Assembly: GCF_009914755.1 (NCBI RefSeq)
Contig: NC_060939.1
Direction: 5' to 3' (one strand)
Origin: the human T2T-CHM13v2.0 reference genome, Homo sapiens
Length of the DNA: 64,000 nt
The position numbers and the translations under genes were made by a program. A model generated the notes under the pieces. That model was not told the origin of the DNA. It searched no databases and saw only the letters and a program-made list of their open reading frames with translations. Of this stretch, positions 61,201 through 64,000 are shown piece by piece (within the stretch, counting starts at the first letter, position 1; each line of letters opens with the position of its first letter).

Positions 61201-64000
61201 AGTGTTTTGGAATCCTATGTGAGGGACAGTCATTCAGACCCTTGTAGCAGTGTTCTGGAATTCTGTGTCAAGCACAAACTTTCAGACCTTCATAGCAGTG
61301 TTCTGGAATCCTATGTGAGGGACAGTCATTCAGGCCATAGCAGGAGTGTTCTGTAATCCCCTGTGAGGAACAAACGTTCAGACAGTCGTAGCATTGTTCT
61401 GGAATATTATGTGAGGGACAAACATTCAGACAATTGTAGCAGTGTTCCGGAATCCTATGTGAGGGACAAACATTCAGACAATTGTAGCAGTGTTCTGGAA
61501 TCCTATGTGAGGGACAAACATTCAAACAACAGAGGGATTGTTCAGGAATCCTATGTTATGGACAAACATTCTGACCCTCGTAGCGGTGTTCTGGAATTCT
61601 ATGTGAGGGAGAAACACTCAGAACCCAACATCAGTGTTCTGGAATCCTATGCGACGGACATACCTGTAGACCCCAGCAGCTCTATTCTAGAATCCTATGT
61701 GAGGGACAAACATTACGACCCCAGAAACAGTGTTCTGGAATCCTATGTGAAGGAAAATCATTCAGACACTCGTACCAGTGTTCTGGAATTCTGTGTGAGG
61801 GACAAACATTCTGATTCCCGTAGCAGTGTTCTGTAGTCCTGTGTGAGGGAAAAACATTGAGACCACAGCAGGAGTGTTCCAGAATCCCCTGTGAGGAACA
61901 GACATTCAGACCCTCATAGGAGGGTTCTGGAATCCGGTGTGACGGACAAAAATCTAGACCCCAGCAGCAGTGTTCTGGCATCCTATGTGAGGGACAAACA
62001 TTCAGATCCTTCGTAGCAGTGTTCTGGAATCCTATGTGAGGGACAAACACTCAGAACCCTGCAGCAGTGTTCTGAAACCCTATGTGAGAGATAAATATTC
62101 CGACGACAGGAGGATAGTTTTGCAATCCTATGTGAGGGACAAACACTCAGAAAACAGCAGGAGTGTTCTGGAATCCTAAATGAGGGACAAACACTCAGAA
62201 AACAGCAGGAGTGTTCTGGAATCCTAAATGAGGGACAATCATTCAGATCGTCATAGCAGTGTTCTACAATTTTGTGTGAGGGACAAACATTCACACCCCA
62301 GCAGAAGTGTTGTGGAATCCTAAATGAGGGACAAACATTCAGACCCTCGTAGGAGTGCTCTGGAATAGTGTGTGACGGAGAAACTTTTAGACCCCAGCAG
62401 CAGTGTTCTGCAATCCTTTGTAAGGTAAAAACAATCAGACCCTCACAGCTGTGTTCTAGAATCCCATGTGATGGACAAACACTCAGAACCAAGCAGCAGT
62501 GTTCTGTAACTATATGTGAGGGGCAACCATTCAGAACACAGCAGGATTGTTCTGGAATCCTACATGAGGGACTGACACTCAGAGCACAGCAGGCGTGTTT
62601 TGGAATCCTATGTGAGGGACAAACATTCTCACACTCATAGCAGGGTTCTGGAATCCTACGTGAGTGGCAAACATTCAGACAATCTTAGCAGTGTTCTGGA
62701 ATACTATGTGAGGGACAAACATTCAGACACTCGTAACAGTGTTTTGGAATACTATGTTGCAGACAATCATTCGTATGCTCGTAGCAGTGTTCTGGAATCC
62801 TGTGTGAGGGACAAACATTCAGACCACAGCAGGATTGTTCTGGAATCCCCAGTGAGGAACAAATGTTCAGACCTTCATAGCAGTGTTCTGGAATTCTATG
62901 TGACGGACAAACATTTAGACCCCAGCAGCGGTGTTCTGAAATCCTATGTTAGTGACAAACATTCAGACCCTTGTAGGAATGTTCTGGAATCTATGTGAGG
63001 GACTTGCTTTAAGACCACAGCAGGAGTGTTCTGGAATCTCATGTGAGGTACAAGCATTTCCACCCTCATAGCTGTGTTCTGGAATCCTATGTGATGAACA
63101 AACATTTAGACCCCAGCAGCAGTGTTCTGGAATCCTATGTGAGGGAAAAACATACAGACCATCATAGCAGTGTACTGGAATCCTGTGTGAGGGACAAACA
63201 TTCAGACAATCGAAGCAGTGTTCTGGAATCCTAAGAGAGAGACAAATATTCAGAACACAGAAGGATTGTTCTGGAATCCTATGTGAGGAACAAACACTCA
63301 GAACACAGCAGGAGTGTTGTGGAATCCTATGTGAGGGACAAACTTTGAGACCCTCGTAGTAGTGTCCTGGAATCCTACGTGAGGGACAAACATGCAGACA
63401 ATTGTAGCAGTGTTCTGGAATCCTATGTGATCGACAAATCTTCGAACAACAGTGGAAGTGTTCTTGAATCCTATGTTATGGACACACATTCAGAACCTTG
63501 TGGCAGTGTTCTGGAATTCTATTTGAGAGAGAAACATTCAGAGCCCAGCAGCAGTTTTCTGGAATCCTATGTGATGGACATACATGCAGATCACAGCAGC
63601 AGTGTTCTGGAATCTTATGTGAGGGACAAACATTCAGAACCCAGCAGCAGTGTTATGGAATCCTATGTGAGGGACGATCATTCAAACCCTAGTAACATTG
63701 TTCTGGAATTCTGTGTGAGGGAAAAACATATAGACCCTCATAGCAGTGTTCTGATAGAGTGTGTGAGGGACAAACATTTAGAACACAGCAGGAGTGTTCT
63801 TTAATCCCCTGTGAGAAACAGATATTCAGACCCCCGTAGCAGTGTTCTGGAATCCTATGTGTCGGAGAAACATATAGACACCAGCAGCAGTGTTCTGGGA
63901 TCCTATGTGAGGGAAAAACATTCAGACACTCTTAGCAGTGCTCTGGAATCATATGTGAGAGACAAACATTAAGACCACAGCAGGAGTGTTCTCGAATCCT
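55276..64000. repeat. CER 48-bp satellite, right arm (continues past the window)
   Basis: Same monomer resumes in register after the provirus. Confidence 0.93.

Overview
Primate DNA (human or a closely related great ape), most consistent with an acrocentric short arm or pericentromeric region, in three blocks. (1) 1-13329: the last two periods (6637 and 6683 bp) of a tandem ACRO1 composite macrosatellite. Each period carries a minus-strand, gene-like unit in which the 147-bp ACRO1 satellite is an uninterrupted ORF (1091 aa in the complete copy) for a Ser/Pro-rich protein with many RNA polymerase II CTD-like YSP[TS]TP heptads. The ORF is preceded by a GC box, a TATA-like element at -31 and an initiator, and one copy has a perfect DUX4-type motif upstream. 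(2) 13330-29648: a block of old transposons (MaLR, L1M, Tigger1, MER46-like, about 12 Alus). (3) 29649-64000: 48-bp CER satellite with a degenerate higher-order pattern, interrupted at 46086-55275 by a full-length, defective type 1 HERV-K(HML-2) provirus with a GAATTC target-site duplication (K111-like). The main candidate for a little-described system is the ACRO1 array acting as a tandemly amplified gene family for a CTD-like protein. All family assignments come from recognising sequence by eye and all counts are manual.
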